NCBI GenBank assembly: GCA_030390025.1
Contig: CM059431.1
Span: 154,010,001-154,074,000 of the forward strand
Length of the DNA stretch: 64,000 nucleotides
DNA from: Squalus acanthias
Taxonomy: Eukaryota
Reading direction: 5' to 3'
The notes under the pieces were generated by a model, which worked only from the letters and a program-made list of their open reading frames with translations, searched no databases and was not told where the DNA came from. The translations under genes and the position numbers were made by a program. Shown in pieces: positions 24,566 through 39,500 of this stretch; positions within the stretch are counted from its first letter, which is position 1, and each line of letters starts with the position of its first letter.

Positions 24566-27500
24566 GTATGCTACATATATGTTGGAATTGTCTAAGTGTC
24601 CTCCTAAAATTTCGTCGGGTTGGTGGTAGATTATTCAAGTCGGTCTGGAACGGCATGTCTTTGCTGTTGTAACGGTTGTATTCTCTGGCGACTGTATATT
24701 CCCCGCGGAGGTGTGATGGCGCGAGGACTTGATAGCCATGGGGTGGATGGTAACAGCCTTCTCACGATCCACCATTTTACGTGCTCTTAGGTTACAGCTA
24801 ATGCCGTCTCAAAGGTCACAGAAGTTGTCGTTTTTAATGCATTAAATAACAAGAGAACAGCATCTCATGGTATAACCATGTGTTCATCGTGGAAGAATCC
24901 TCGACACAAATATCGTCAGCTGCTTCATCAATTATTTTTTTTCTGTCATACGGTCAGAATTTGGGCTGTTCGCTGATGATTGCAGTGTTCAATTCCATTC
25001 CCAATTCCTCAGCTAACTAAACAGTCCATGCCCGTATGCAACATTATCTGGTCAACATGCCAGTTTCGGTGGATAATTAGCAAGTAACATTTGTGCCGCA
25101 CAAGTGACAGGCAAAAACCATCTGCAGAAAGAGAATCTCTAATCAACTGATAATTCACTGGAAAACGTCTTGTAGTTAAGCTACTTACCTTGGCCGTATT
25201 TCTACAGGGATTCGGGTTACTGTTGTTTCTGTAATCGGACATAAATGGCATCCTATCCAAGGAGCAATTAATCCAAATTTCAGGATTGCAAGGAACACGC
25301 CAAGAAACAATGGCTCGTATTTTCCGATGCCTACGTGTGAGTACACGCGGTGTACATACCCGTAGGGACATCGGTAATGCCCGTTTCAGGCATGCGAAGC
25401 GCATGCGCTGAATATTCGGCATTTATGATCTGTGAAGAATCATCTTGGCAGATCGGACGCTTGCCCCAGAGAAGGGCCTCTGCGGGTGGAGATTTCCGCT
25501 GCAGGACATCCGCTCTTGAAAACACTTACAAATCGTACTCCTGGTAAAAACAGGCGCAAGACCTGCTTTTCCCAGCACAAGAGTTTAAAAAAGTAAAAAA
25601 TATATATATTTTTTCAATCATTAATAATTTTAAAGAACTTCCAAATAAGGTAAGTTTAATTTTAGCTCCATAAAAATCTTTAATAATTTTTTTCAAAACA
25701 TTAAATTTTTGTTTAAAATATTTCAATTAATATAAATGTTACTCATTTTAAAAACGCGACGCTTTTTAAAAATGTATTTATTGTTTTTGGGGTGATCTCC
25801 ATTCATACCTTTGACAGGTCTACCCTTCTATTCTCTCGCTTGTCCACCTATCTCAGGAGCTCACGAGCTTCGCAAGCTTCCCTGGGATAAGGTGGGCCCT
25901 GCGCATTTCTGCTGTGGACAGGCCCAGAATCGGAAATGGCTCCTCCTCGGGAGCCCTCAGGTAAGGGCGTAGATTTCTTCCCGATAGGAGGCATCCGCAC
26001 GCAAGAAGCCTCCTAACGGAAATTACGGGCCAAATATTGCAATGAATATTTGAATAAGATACCACTAGCAGCACAAGCATCACGCGTCCTCAGCAAAGAC
26101 CCAATGGATATCCTGGAGCTAGATAGAACATCTAATAGCCACATATATCTAATCTCAGGAAAATAAATTGACTGACATATTTAAAATAAGCTGTCGCTCA
26201 CGGCCGAGAAATTCTGACCGTTCTTTAGCAAAGGTGACGTGCATTTTAATTAAACGAGACGATCCGTGTGAGTCACTGCCGGTGGCACCAATTTCTAGAT
26301 CTTTCTACTGAACATATCCAAGTCGTTGCTTCCATTTCTTTTCTCCTTCCAACTTCACAGCATGGCTGATTCTACCTGCCTATCTACCAACTTCCCTGCC
26401 ACAGTTATTACTTTTAAGTAACAACCTCAAAAAATCTGCATTATTCTACGTCTCACCAAGCACTCGGAAAATTCATGCAGTCCATGGGTTACGAAACTTT
26501 AAGCCTTCACGTTCATTCTTCCGCCCAATGCTCAGGGACATCAACATTACCGGCATCTCCTGTCATGACAGCAATCATGTCCGATTTTAAATAAAATTCC
26601 GAGTCCCATCCTTGATGTCTATCTGATCTATTTTCTAATATTTCCTGATGTTATATAACACATATATTAATAAAGCATGGTGAATAAAGCTGACTAGTTG
26701 AAGCTAGCGATTGTCTGATGATGCTCTAGGAAGTTATAACATGAAGACATTAACACCTACGTGGTTAATGTAAGCGCACGTCTGGGAGCTTGGCGTTAAT
26801 GGGCCGGATATTCCGATCCTTACGGGTGTGTACGCGCTGTGTACACAACCGTAGGGACATCTAAAATGGCGGTTTTAGGCATGCCATCGAATGCATTGAA
26901 ATCCGTAATTTCCGATCTGTCAAGAATGCTCTTGACAGATTGGACGCCTAGCCTGGATAAGGTCCTCTGCGGACGGATAGTTCCACTTTCTGGAGAAACC
27001 CCGCCTGCAGAAAACCATCAGAAATCGGATGCCTGCTAAAAGCAGGGCTAAGGCTTGCTTTTACTATGTTTTAAGGGTGAATTCCATTCATATATTTGAC
27101 AGGTCTTCCTGTCAAAAGTATGAAGGGAGATTCCCTTCTCTGATTGGCTCCCTACGTGATCCCAGGGACGCTGCGAACCGCCATGCGCCTCTGGGATACG
27201 TGGGCCCTGCGCACCGGAAGTTTGGAGAGACCAAGCAACGGAACTCTGCGCCTCCCGGGAGCTCTCCGGTCCAGGCACAGATTTTTCCAGATCGCAGCCC
27301 TCCGCCCGCGGGCGGCCTGCGAAAGGAATTTTTGGGGCACTATGTTTTTGGGGTGAACTCCATTCATATATTTGACAGGTCTTCCTGAACAAGTGTATGA
27401 ATGCATTTTCCCTACTTTGATTGGCTCCCCATGGCTCACATGATCCCAGGCACCCTGTAATCAGCCTGTGCCTCTGGGCTAAGAGGGGCCTGCGCAAGTG

Positions 27501-30500
27501 GAGATTGGAGAGGCCCAGCATCGGAATCGTGTGCGTCCGGGGATCCCTAAGGTAAGGCCGTAGATTTTTCCAGATTGCAGAACTGCGCACCCGAGATTCC
27601 TGCAATCGAAAAAACTGGCCATTAACTATGAGGAGTTCATTATCATGCACAAGTGGTGGGTCACGAATTGAGGAAGCAATATATTGAAAAAATGGAAACA
27701 TTTTAGCGTGGGTGTCAGAGATATGGGTGACTTTAAATATCTAAAATATAGAAGTGATGTACGGGTGGAAGAGGGAGTGTGCTGTCTGCCAGTATCCAGG
27801 ACGTGAGATAGATGGGTACGTTTCCAGAACAACAGGGAAGGAATGAGTATTGGATCAATTTCTGCAAACGGATAACGGATATCTAAGAAGCAATGATATC
27901 ATTATAATTCAGATGAACAGTAAATCAAAGCAATATATATGTACAGGATAACAAATTTCAAAAATCAAGAACACATTAGCCCAGATATATTGGGACGGAA
28001 TGGATCAGATAATTCCGTCGGGAAGCAATACGAAGGTACCAAGTAGGAAATCAATGCGATACGATATATAGGAATTACAGGATAATAAAACGAGTGGAGC
28101 ACATACAAGAATTATTTGGATGTGCATAGAAAAGGAAATTAAAAGTAGATTTACAAATTGACTGTTGGGGGTTGATTATATAAATCAAATCAAAGAAACA
28201 TAGAGGTTAACGAGCAGAAGTTAAACCGTTGACAGTTTAAGAATTTGGTGATTGGCATGAGACAGTATTCGGGACAATGATCACATTTCATAAACACTTC
28301 AAATAAAATAGTTACTCATAAGACAGGACTATTCAGATATTCAAAGCAAATGGTTCATATAGAAGATGAAAGATTGACTGATAAGCTTGTGCTGCTGTTT
28401 CGATGAATGATACTTGAAATGAACGGCAGTCTAATTGCAATCAATGGTCAAAAAGTACGGACGCGTGTAACACGAGCCGACCATTCGCTATCAGCACTTG
28501 TCATGCGACTGGCCTATTCCAATTTCACCCGCATTGTTTTACAATCTGTGCAGTTTTAATTTCTAAAAGCACGTTGTGAGCTTTCCAGAACATTGCTGTT
28601 ACTAACAACAAATAATGCTTCATTTTGCACGAACCATATTCCTGAAATCTGACTTTTCCCCTTTTATTTGGCACTTAACATTATTTCATATCAGTTGAGA
28701 AAATTCAGCTTCCCTCGGTGACTCAACGCGAGTCCTCTCTATCTCTGCAACAACCTCCAGCCCTACAATCCTCCGTGATCTCTGTGCTCATCAAATTCTG
28801 AACCATTGCACAACCCCGATTCTCTTCACGCCACCAATGGTCGCCGTGTGTTGTGCTGCCTCGGTCCTAAACTCTGGAATTAACTCTGTAATCCTCTCCG
28901 GCCGTCTGCCATTCTCTGCTCTTTAGAGACGCTCCTTATAACTTATCTCGTTGACATAGATTTTGGTCACCTGATTGTGAGCTTTTATATTCATTCCTCC
29001 CATAAAGAGAGGGAGAAAGAAAACCGACGTTTCTTAGCTGATTTTGTAAAATACTTTTTTCAATATGATTTAAATATTTTTTTAGGAAATCAGAACACTT
29101 GCTGAAAGTCAGCGCAGAAACGGTGCTTCCCAACGCATTTTCGATACCGCGCTGGAAAAGGGAGCTCGGGGAGAAAGAACAATGTGGAACATATTTCTTC
29201 AACTGCAGAATACAAAACCCGAACTGAAAGCGACATTGTCAGAGATACAGAAGACAGGTACAGGGTCAAAACATGAGCTAGAAGGTAGGCGATTTCAATA
29301 TCTAATTGCAAAAGATCTCGTTTACTTTCAGAGTAAGAGAGTTCATTGTTTATGTCGAGGAACTTATTTTAAGTTAATATCCAGGAGGATGAAATTCTAA
29401 TTGTCGGGGACACACAATGGCCGGTAACATTTGCCGACAGTTAGACACACGCCCGATATTCAGCTCAATTCAAGTTTATTAGCGCGCAACATATAATAGG
29501 CGATGGATGCGATACCGCCTGTGTTTTGTCCTCGCCGAAAAACGGCCGGTATGGCATCTGCTGCCCGTTGTTTGCTCGGTCCTATGTTCCCATCCTTTGA
29601 CTCCAATAAAATTGCAAAGGCTGCGCTGTGCCCACCCAGAGCCGGTAATCAGGGAAATCTCTCAAATCAGGGAAACTGATGTAATCTTCGGCACTTTCAC
29701 AGTAATTGAGATCTTGAATTCCCCACTAAAATTTTGACGGAAAACGAAGGGTGTAACTGGATTGCAACAGCGTATTGAATTCTAAACAAATGTGACGGCC
29801 AGAAAATCTAATTTTAATTTTGTGCAGAGACAACTTTATTCATTTAAATAAAAATTAACATTATTCTGAAAATTTAATTATTTTAAAAGATTTTTCCTCC
29901 TTCTTTCTGCTTTGCATTTTCCCCATGTTAGAGCCCCAATATTTGCTCCGTTCGCTCAATCATTTTTTTAAATGTTAGAATTTTAACAGCTTATTCACTC
30001 CCGTGTTCGCTGTCTGTGAGAATTCTGCGTTTTGGTTGGATGCTTAGACAGCCTGTTGACTTCACAACAGCTTGCACTCGGGATTCCCAATGATGCTCCG
30101 TTGATTTGAATTACACTTCAGAAAACCTGATTGCGAGATCTTTGTGTGAAGCTTACTTTGTGGCCGCAGCAAATGCCTTTGATTCGCGCTGACCGCTAAT
30201 TCCGGGCCGTTCTTTATTTAGTATCTCTCAGGTCTTTCTACTTCCATCGATAGGCATTTTAGAATCAGTTACATTCAATTATGATTCCTACCAGCTATTG
30301 TCATGTTTCAGATGTGGTATTTGAGATTTAGTTATTATTTCAATTTGATATCAATAACTTTTTCCCAATGGTGTCTTCTTGTAATTGTTGTATTGATATC
30401 TATCAAATTTATTTTGAGTACATTTAGATTCACAGTATTTCAATTTGTCCGGTCCGTATCGCAGTTTACTTTTCCCAAGAAAGAAGGAATGAGCTTGCAA

Positions 30501-33500
30501 TTACTGTTACTTTCTTCAAATAACTGTGCATTTCTAATTAGCTCTTTAGGCTAACAAGCGACAGTCTCGACTATTTCTATTTGCTCAGCAGCATCGGGTG
30601 ATTCCAAGCAATAAATTTCGAATGGATTCTCACATCACCGTCCGCAACGATCATATTTTAATTTTCTGTATATATGATAGCATATGAATATTTTCTCGTG
30701 ATTTAGATACGCTTTTGTGAGTTTTAGACTCGATTCCTTAAACGACTTAAGGGCACTGCCATATAGAATCTCCAGAGCTCGACTGCTTCAATTCATCAGT
30801 TCACCCTCATTTCCACTTATCCATAATCCCATTCTTCGGTGACCTACATTCACTTGCTATCTCAGACAATTTGTGAAGACTCCTACTCATTTACAATTCC
30901 CTTTACGGTCTCGAGCGTCTTAATTTTACAGTCTTCTTCAGAAACACTCTTTTATTTCTGCTCCATCCTCTCCCTTTGCTGTGGTCCCCAGATTATTGGT
31001 TTCTCTGCTCCGGACTCCAACAAAGTCGTTAGCACCACTGTCTGGAATCCGTTGCCTTCGGCTTCCACTCTTTACTTCCTACTTACTTTAAACAACCTCC
31101 ACATGTGCAAGATCTAGGTCGTTTCTCTTAACTCTACGAAAAAGAGGCAGTTTAACTCTAAATTCCTGCTCTGTGAGGCGCCATTGGCCGTCTCACTGTT
31201 TGAAAGGCTCTAAAGAAAAGCTGCTGCTCTAAAAGTTAGCTCAAATTATTCATTACTTCAAAGCAAACAAAATATTGTAACCTGTTCTCGTTTACACTTT
31301 TAAAGAAAATTCAGTTCCTAAAATGTTACTAATGTTGTCGAGCTACACGGATATCCAGCTTGGAAGAATTATCGGCTGCTACCGTCAGAGACTAGAATCG
31401 TCAATTGAAGAATTCGTTGAAGCTGTTAGTCAATCGCTCTTGGATGCAAACGTGTTTACTGAAACAATTCATAAGGTATGCTACATTTATGTTGGAATTG
31501 TCGAAATGGCCTCCTAAAATTTGTTTGCCATACAGACTGCATTTGACACATTAGATCCCCTGTGACACCACCTCATTGTCTCAGTTGTATCTTGCTATGT
31601 CTTTGATATGCTGCCTTCCATGCTGACCTGATTGTTTCTCTGCCGAGGTGTGATGAAAGGCAATCAGAAAGATAAAATGTAGTCGTCCGACATTGTACGC
31701 TACACAGGCATTGTTCTCTGACTATATATGCTTTGTCGATTCGTATTCCTTCACTTCACCTGACGAGGAAGGCAGCTCCGAAAGCTTGTGATTTCAAATA
31801 AAACTGTTGGACTATAACTTGGTGTTGTGCGACTTCTCACTTTTGTACACCCCAGTCCAACACCGGCATCTCCGCATCATGGCAAATATAGAAAGGCAAT
31901 GGTTCATATAGAAGATGAATGATTGACTGATAAGCTTTCGCTACTGTTTCGATGAACGATATTTGGAATAAACGAAAGTCTCATTGCAGTCAATAGTAAA
32001 GAAATCCGGAGGCATGTTAAATGGGGCGCACATTCGCTATCAGCACCTTTCATGAGAATTGCCGATTCCAATTTCATCCGCATTGTTTATCAATCTGTGC
32101 AATTTGAGTTGCTGAAAGCAAGTTGTGAGCTTTCCAAAATATTACTGTTACTAACAACCAATAATACTTGATTGGACGAATCATATTCCTGCAATCGGAA
32201 GTTTTTCCCTTTTTTTGGCACTTTACCCTTAATTCCTCTATCAGTTGAGAAACTCCAGTTTCCCTCCGTGACTCAACAGTGGTCCGCTCTATGTTTGCAA
32301 ATCCCTAGAGCCCTACAGCCCCCCTTGATCTCTGTGCTCATCCAATTCTGGTCTTTTGCGAATCCCCGATTTTCTGCACGCCACCATTGGTAGACGTGTC
32401 TTGAGCTTTCTCGGCCCTAAGCTCTGGAATTCACTCCCTAATCCTCTCCGGCTCTCTGCCATTCTCTCCTTCTTTAAGGCGCTCCTTAAAACATTCCTCG
32501 TAGACGAAGATTTTGTTCACCTTATTTTGAGCTTTTCTATTCGTTCCTCTCATAAAGAGAGGAAGAAAATAACAGACGTTTCTTGTCTAAATGACTTGGT
32601 TGAATATGATTGCAATATATTTTTTAGCAAATCAGTAAATTTGCTGAAAGTCAGAGCAGAAACGATGCTTCCCAACTCATTTTCGATACCGTGCTGGAAA
32701 AGGGAGCTCGGGGAGAAAGAACAATCTGGAACATATTTCTTCAACTGCAGAATACAAAACCCAAACTGAAAGCGACATTGATAGAGATACAGAAGAGTGG
32801 TACAGCGATAGAAAATGATCTAGAAGGTAGGTGGCGTCCAACTCTAATGGCAAAAATCTTGTTTCCTTTAAGGAGTTGCCCTAGGTGCCCTTAACATTGA
32901 CTTCGGATCCCAAGAAGTCTCATGCCTTCAGGTGAAGCATTGGCAAAGAAACCTCCTGCTGATTACCACCTACCCCCTTCCTCAGTTGATGAATCAGTAC
33001 TCCTTCATGTTGAACACCACTTGTAAGAAGCACTGCGAGTAGCAAGGGCACAGAATGTACTCTGAGTGGGGGACTTCAATGTCCACCAAGAGTGCCTCGG
33101 TAGCACCACTACTGACCGAGCTGACCTAGTGCTGACGGACATAGCTGCCAGTCTGGTCCAGCGACAGGTGGTGAGAGATTCAGAACAGACCTAGCAGCTC
33201 AAAACTGGGCATCCATGAGGCGCTGTGGGCCATCAGCAGCAGCAGAATTGTATTACATCACAACCTGTAACCTCATGGCCCAGCATATCCCTCACTCTAA
33301 GATTACCATCAAGACATCGGACCAACCGTGGTTCAATGAGGAATGCAGAATAGCATGCCAGGAGCAGCACCAGGCGTACCTAAAAATAAGGTGCTTACCT
33401 GGGGAAGCTGCAACACATGCATGCTATTAAGTGGAAGCAGCATGCTGTAGACAGGTCTGAGCGATCCCACAATCAACGGACCAGATCAAAGCTCTGCAGC

Positions 33501-36500
33501 CCTGCCACATCCAGTCGTGAATGGTGGTGGACCATTAAACATCTAACGGAGGAGGAGGCTTCATGAATATCCCCATCCTCAATGATGGTGGTGCCCAGCA
33601 CGTGAGTGCAAAAGACAAGGCTGAAGCGTTTGCTACCATCTACAGCCAGAAGTGCCGAGTGGATGATCCATATCGGCCTACTCCTGAGCTCCCCACCATC
33701 ACAGAAGCCAGTCTTCAGCCAATTCAATTCACTCCACGTGATATCAAGAAACGGCTGAGCGCACTGGATACAGAAAAGGCTATGGGCCCCGACAACATCC
33801 CGGCTATCGTGCTGAAGGCATTTGCACAAGAATTAGCTGTGCATCTAGCCAAGCTGTTCCAGTACAGCTACAGAACTGTATTCTATCCGACAATGTGGAA
33901 AACTGCCCAAGTATGTCCTCTCCACAAAAAGCTGGACAATTTCAGTCTGGCCAATTACCGCCTCATCAGTCTTCTCTCAATGATCAGCAAATGATGGAAG
34001 GTGTCAGCACAGTGCTATCAAGCAATACGTAATAACCAATAACCTGCTCACTGATGCCCAGTTCAGGTTCTGCCAGGACCACTCGCCTCCCAACCTCATT
34101 ATAGCCTTGGTACAAACATGGACAACGGAGCTGAATTCCAGAGGTGAGGTGAGAGTGTTTGCCCTTGACATCAAGGCAACATTTGACCGAGTGTGGCATC
34201 AAGGAGCCCTTGTAAACTGAAGTCAATGGGAATCAGGGGGAAAACTCTACACTAGCTGGAGTCATACCTAGCATAAAGGAAGATAGTTGTGGTGGTTGAA
34301 GGTCAATCATCATAGCCCCAGTAATTACTGCAGGAGTTCCTCAGGGCAGTGATTTGGCACAACTATCTTCAGCCGCTTCATCAATTAACTTCCCTCCATC
34401 ATAAGGTCATAAATGGGGACGTTCGCTGATGACTGCACAGTGTTCAGCGTAAGTCACAACTCCTCAGATAATGAAGCAGTCCAAGCCCGCATGCAACAAG
34501 ACCTGGACGACGTTCCGGCTTGGGCTGATAAGTGGCAGTTAACATTCGCGCGCACAGAAGTGCCATGCAATGAATCTCTCCAACAAACTAGAGTCTAACC
34601 ACCGCCCAATGACATTCAACGGCATTACCATCGTCGAATTCCCCACCATCAACATTCTGGAGGTCACCATTGACAAGAAACTTAACTGGACCCGCCACAT
34701 AAAAATTGTGGCAACAAGAGCAGGTCACAGCCTAGGTATTCTGCGGCGAGTGTCTCACCTCCTGACTCCCCAAAGCCTTTCCACCATCTACAAGGCACAA
34801 GTAAGGAGCGTGATGGAATACTCTCCACTTGCCTGGATGAGTGCAGCTCCAACAACACTCAAGAAGCTCGACACCATCATGGAAAATGCTTGATTGGCAA
34901 CCCATCCACCACCTTCAACATTCACTGCCTCCACCACCGGCATACCGTGGCTGCATGTGTACCATCTACAAGATGTAATGAAAGCAACTCGCCAAGGCTT
35001 CTTCGGCAGCACATCCCAAACCACGACCTCTTCCACCTTGAAGGACAAGGGCAGCAGGTGCATACGAACAGCGCCACCTCCAAGTGCCCCTCCAACTCAC
35101 ACACCATCCTGAGTTGGAAGTATATCGCCGATCCTTCATCCTCGCTGGGTCAAACTCCTGGAACTCCCTACCTAACAGCACTGTGGGAGTACCTTTACCA
35201 CACGGACTGCAGTGGTTCAAGAAGGCAGCTCACCACCACCTTCTCAAGGGCAATTCGGTATGGGCAATAAATGCTGGCCTTGCCAGCGATGCCCACATCC
35301 CATAATTGAATTAAAAAAATCTCTCAGTCCTTTCTACTTCCATCCCACTGCATTTTAAAACCAGGAGCATTCAATTATGAATCCTTAGGCATTTTCATAT
35401 TTCAGAAATGGTTTTAGAGATTCTGTTATTATTTTAATTCGAGATCAATAACTATTTTCCCAATGGTGTGTTCTTATAATTGGTGTATTGATATCTATCA
35501 AAGTTATTTTGAGTACGTTTAGTTTCACAGTATTTCAATTTCTCGGTTCCATATCTTAGTTAATTTTTCGAAGAAAGAAGGAAAGAACTTGCATTTACTG
35601 TTTCATTCTTTAAATGTATGTATATTTATTAGCTCTTTAGGCAAACAAGCGAAAATCACGACTATTTCTAATTGCTCAGCAGCATCTGGTGATTCCATGC
35701 AATAAAGTATGACCTGGAATCTCAGGTCACCGTCCGCAACCATCATATTGTTAATTTTCTGGATATATATTAAAATATGAATATTTGCTCCTGCTTTATC
35801 CACGCTTCAGAAATTAAGACTCGATTCCTCAGCGATCTTTGTGCACTGCCAGTTAGAAACTCCAGAGTTCGACTGCTTCAATTCAAAAGTTCACCATAAT
35901 TTCCAGTTATCCGTAATTCCCTTCGTCAATGACCTACATTCAATTATTATCTCAGTTCATGTGTGAAATCCTCCTACCCAACTACAATTCCCTTTAAGGT
36001 CCGGAGCGTCTTAGCACCATGTTTTCTTCAGATGCACTTCCATAACTCTAGTCCATCCTCTTCCTTTCCTGTGTCTCCACATTATTGGTTCATCTGCTCC
36101 GGACTCCAACCAAGTCTTCAGCACCACTGGCAGGATCTCCGATGCTATGGGACTCCACTCTTTACATCTTACTTACTTTAAATAACCTCCACATGTTGCA
36201 AGATCTGGGACGTATCACATAACGCTAACAAATAGAGGTAGCTCTTTTCGGCGCCATTGCCGTCTCACTGCTTGAAGGGCTCTCAATAAACGCTGCTGCT
36301 CTTGAAGTTAGTTCAAATTATGCATTGCTTCAAAGCGGGTACTTTATTTCAACCTGTTCTCATTTACACCTTGACAGTAAATTCAGATACTAAAATATTA
36401 CTAATGTTGGCGCGCTGCACGGACATCCAGCTGGGAAGAAATATCGTTTGCTGGCGTCAGAGACTCGAACAGTCAATTGAAGATTTCGTGGAAGCTGTCA

Positions 36501-39500
36501 GTCAGTCGCTTTTAGATGCAAACTTGTTTACTGAAACAGATCACGAGGTATGTTATATATATGTTGGAATGAAATAATGTTAAATGAGTCGTACGATTGA
36601 CTGTTTAGAATCTTATTTTTCTTTCGTATGGTAGTAGCAAAGCAAATTAAATGTCAATATCTAAGTCAGATATCCAAGCCAAAGTTTCCGGTGTAACAGC
36701 ATGGATATCTTGTAGGCTGCCTGCGAATTTCCTCTGAGTGGAGTGCTCAATGATGTGCTCCAGGGTCTGATTCGGAGCTCCGCATTCGCACGATTGGGAT
36801 GCTGTCATCTTCCATCTATGGAGAAGGCGGCAGCATCTACCATGACCGGTTCTGAGGCGGTTGATGATTATCCACTTTTTGCGAGGAAGGTTTGATCCTT
36901 CTGGTTATACCGTGGGTCCTTTATAAGGTCTCCATTCCGAATGTCACAGTTCTTCCAAGCATTTTGCCATTGGTTATCAAGGCTGAAGGGCTTCAGCGAC
37001 TGTCCAATATGTCCTTCTAGATTTGAGCTGGGTTGGTGGTAGCTTGTTCAATTCGGCCTGGCCCGGCATGTCTATGCTGGTGTAAAGGTTGTATTCTCTG
37101 GGATGACAACTTGAATGAAGAAAGCCTTTTCACGGCCAAACCTTTTACTTGATCTTAGATTACAACGAATGTCGTCTCAAAGTACACCAAACTTGTCATT
37201 ATATCGACCTCCCAGTGATGGTAACAAACTAAGCTAATCGAACGGTCGTCTCCACAAGCAAACACAACTCTTTACAATAGCTGTATTCCGTGAAATCCAA
37301 AGATATAAACAGTAGGCTAAGCTCTACTGGTTTAACTTGAATAATAACACTGAACTACTTGTCCGGTGCCAATTTAAACAACATTTGAAATGGTCTTCTG
37401 CGAACTCTCCCTGGTTAATTATTTTTGACTGAAGTTTTCAATTAATGCATTAATAATAAGAGAACATCCTCTCATGCTTTAACCATGAGATCACCGTAGC
37501 GGCATCCTCGGCCCAAATATCGTCAGCTGCTTCATCAGTGAATTTTTAATTCGTTTATAGAATGTGGGCGTCACTGGCAGATCGGCATTTATTGCCCTTC
37601 CTAAGTTGCCCTTGAGAAGGTGGTGGGGAGCCGCCTTCTTGAACCGCTGCACTCTGTGTGGTGATGCTACTCCCAAAGTGTTGATTGGGAGGGAGTTCCA
37701 GGAATTTGACCCAGCAACGATGAAGGATCGGTGATATACTTCTAAGAGATGTCGGGGGGGCGGGGGGGTGGGGGGGTTGGAACGGACCTTGGAGGTGGTG
37801 GTGTTCCTATGCACCTATTAATCCAAATTCAGGATTGCAAGGAAGAAGCAAAGGCACATTATAATGAATAACTGTTTTAGACACCAGTTACAGAGCAGGC
37901 ATCACGAGTCCTCAGCTCAGACCCAATGGAAATCCTGGAGCAAGATAAAACCTGTAATAGCCCCATATATCTAATCTCAGGTGAAGAAATTAATTAACAT
38001 ATACAAACTAAACTGTCGGTCACGGACTAGAGTTCTGTCCGTTTTTTATCAAAGCAGCCTTGCGTTCCAGCTGAAGTATAAGATTCGTGTGAGTCACTGC
38101 CGGTGGCACGAATTTCCAGAACATTCAACTGAACATTACCAAGTCCTTGCTTCCATTACTTTTCTCCTTCCAAGTTCACTGCATATCTGATTCTACTTGC
38201 ATTTCCAACACCTTCTCTGCCACAGTTCATCCAGCCCATGGTTTACGCATCCTTTTGCCTTGACCCCAGGGCAGCTCAGGCCACGCCCGTTTTTCCGGCC
38301 CATTGTTCAGGTACATCAACAATGCCGGCCTCTTATTTCAAGACTGCTATAATGCCCCATTTAAAAAATAACCCATAGTCCCATCTGTGATGTCTACCTG
38401 CCCTCTCTCCGAATATTTCCTCGAGTTAATTAATATATATGTTAATAAAGTAACGTGAATAATGCTGGTTAGTTGATACAAAAGCAAAATACTGCAGATG
38501 CAGAGAATCTGAAATAAAAATAGAAAATGCTGGAAATACTCAGCAGGTCAGGCAGCATCAGTGGAGAGAGAAACAGAGTTAACGTTTCAGGTCGATGACC
38601 CTTTGTCACAACTGGAATAATCTGGAGATGGAACAAGTTTTTAAGCAAGTGCAGGGACAGGGAAAGGGGGGAGAGTAGGAAAGAACAAAAGGGGAGTTCT
38701 GTGAAAGGATGGAAGGCAGGAGAGAGTAAGAGACAAAAGGGATGATGGTGCAAGGCAAAAGGAGATGGTAATGGGACAAGTTAAGAAACAAAATATGGCT
38801 CCAGATGAAGTGTAAATGGCACTGGCAGAATCAAAGACAGCTGCCATGTGAGAGAGAAATTGTCTGATGCTGCTCGAGGAAATTATGATATGAAGACATT
38901 AACAGCTACGTGGGGATGGGCAGGGTTGGGAGCAAGGAGCTAAAATGTCCTTTTACCAAAAAGGGAATAGTTTTTAAACAAAATAGGGAAGAGTTTTATT
39001 AACATATTCAACTGCAGCACGAAAACTCAGGGTGTCAGAAACATGTGTGACTTTAAATATCTAAAATATGGAATTGATGTACGAGTGCAAGTGAGGGTGT
39101 GCTATCTGCTACATGTCCAGGACGTTAGATCAATTGGGACGGTTTCAGGAGAAAAACAATGGATGGGTATTGGATCCATTTCTGCACACACAGAGCTATT
39201 CATAAGACAGGGCTGTTCAGATCAAGAATTTAAATGGTTCCTATAGAAGATGATGGATTGACTGATAATATTTTGCTACTGTTTCGATGAATGATACTTC
39301 GAATTAACGAATGTTTCATTGCAGTCAATGGTAAAGAAATGCGACCGCATGTAAAACGGGCCGCCCATTCACTATCAGCAACTTTTCTGCGACTGACCGA
39401 CTCCAATTTCACCCACATTGATTATCAATCTGTGCAATTTGAGTTTCTGAAAGCACGTTGAGAGCATCCAAAATATTACTGTTATTAACAACAAATAAAG

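Noticed and set aside
32356..32769. ORFs reading KS..LLKV.AE.MLPNSFSIPCWKREL (also 41787-42056)
   Set aside because: Wrong-frame read-through of exon B joined to an L2 remnant; splice phases support the LEKGARGER frame
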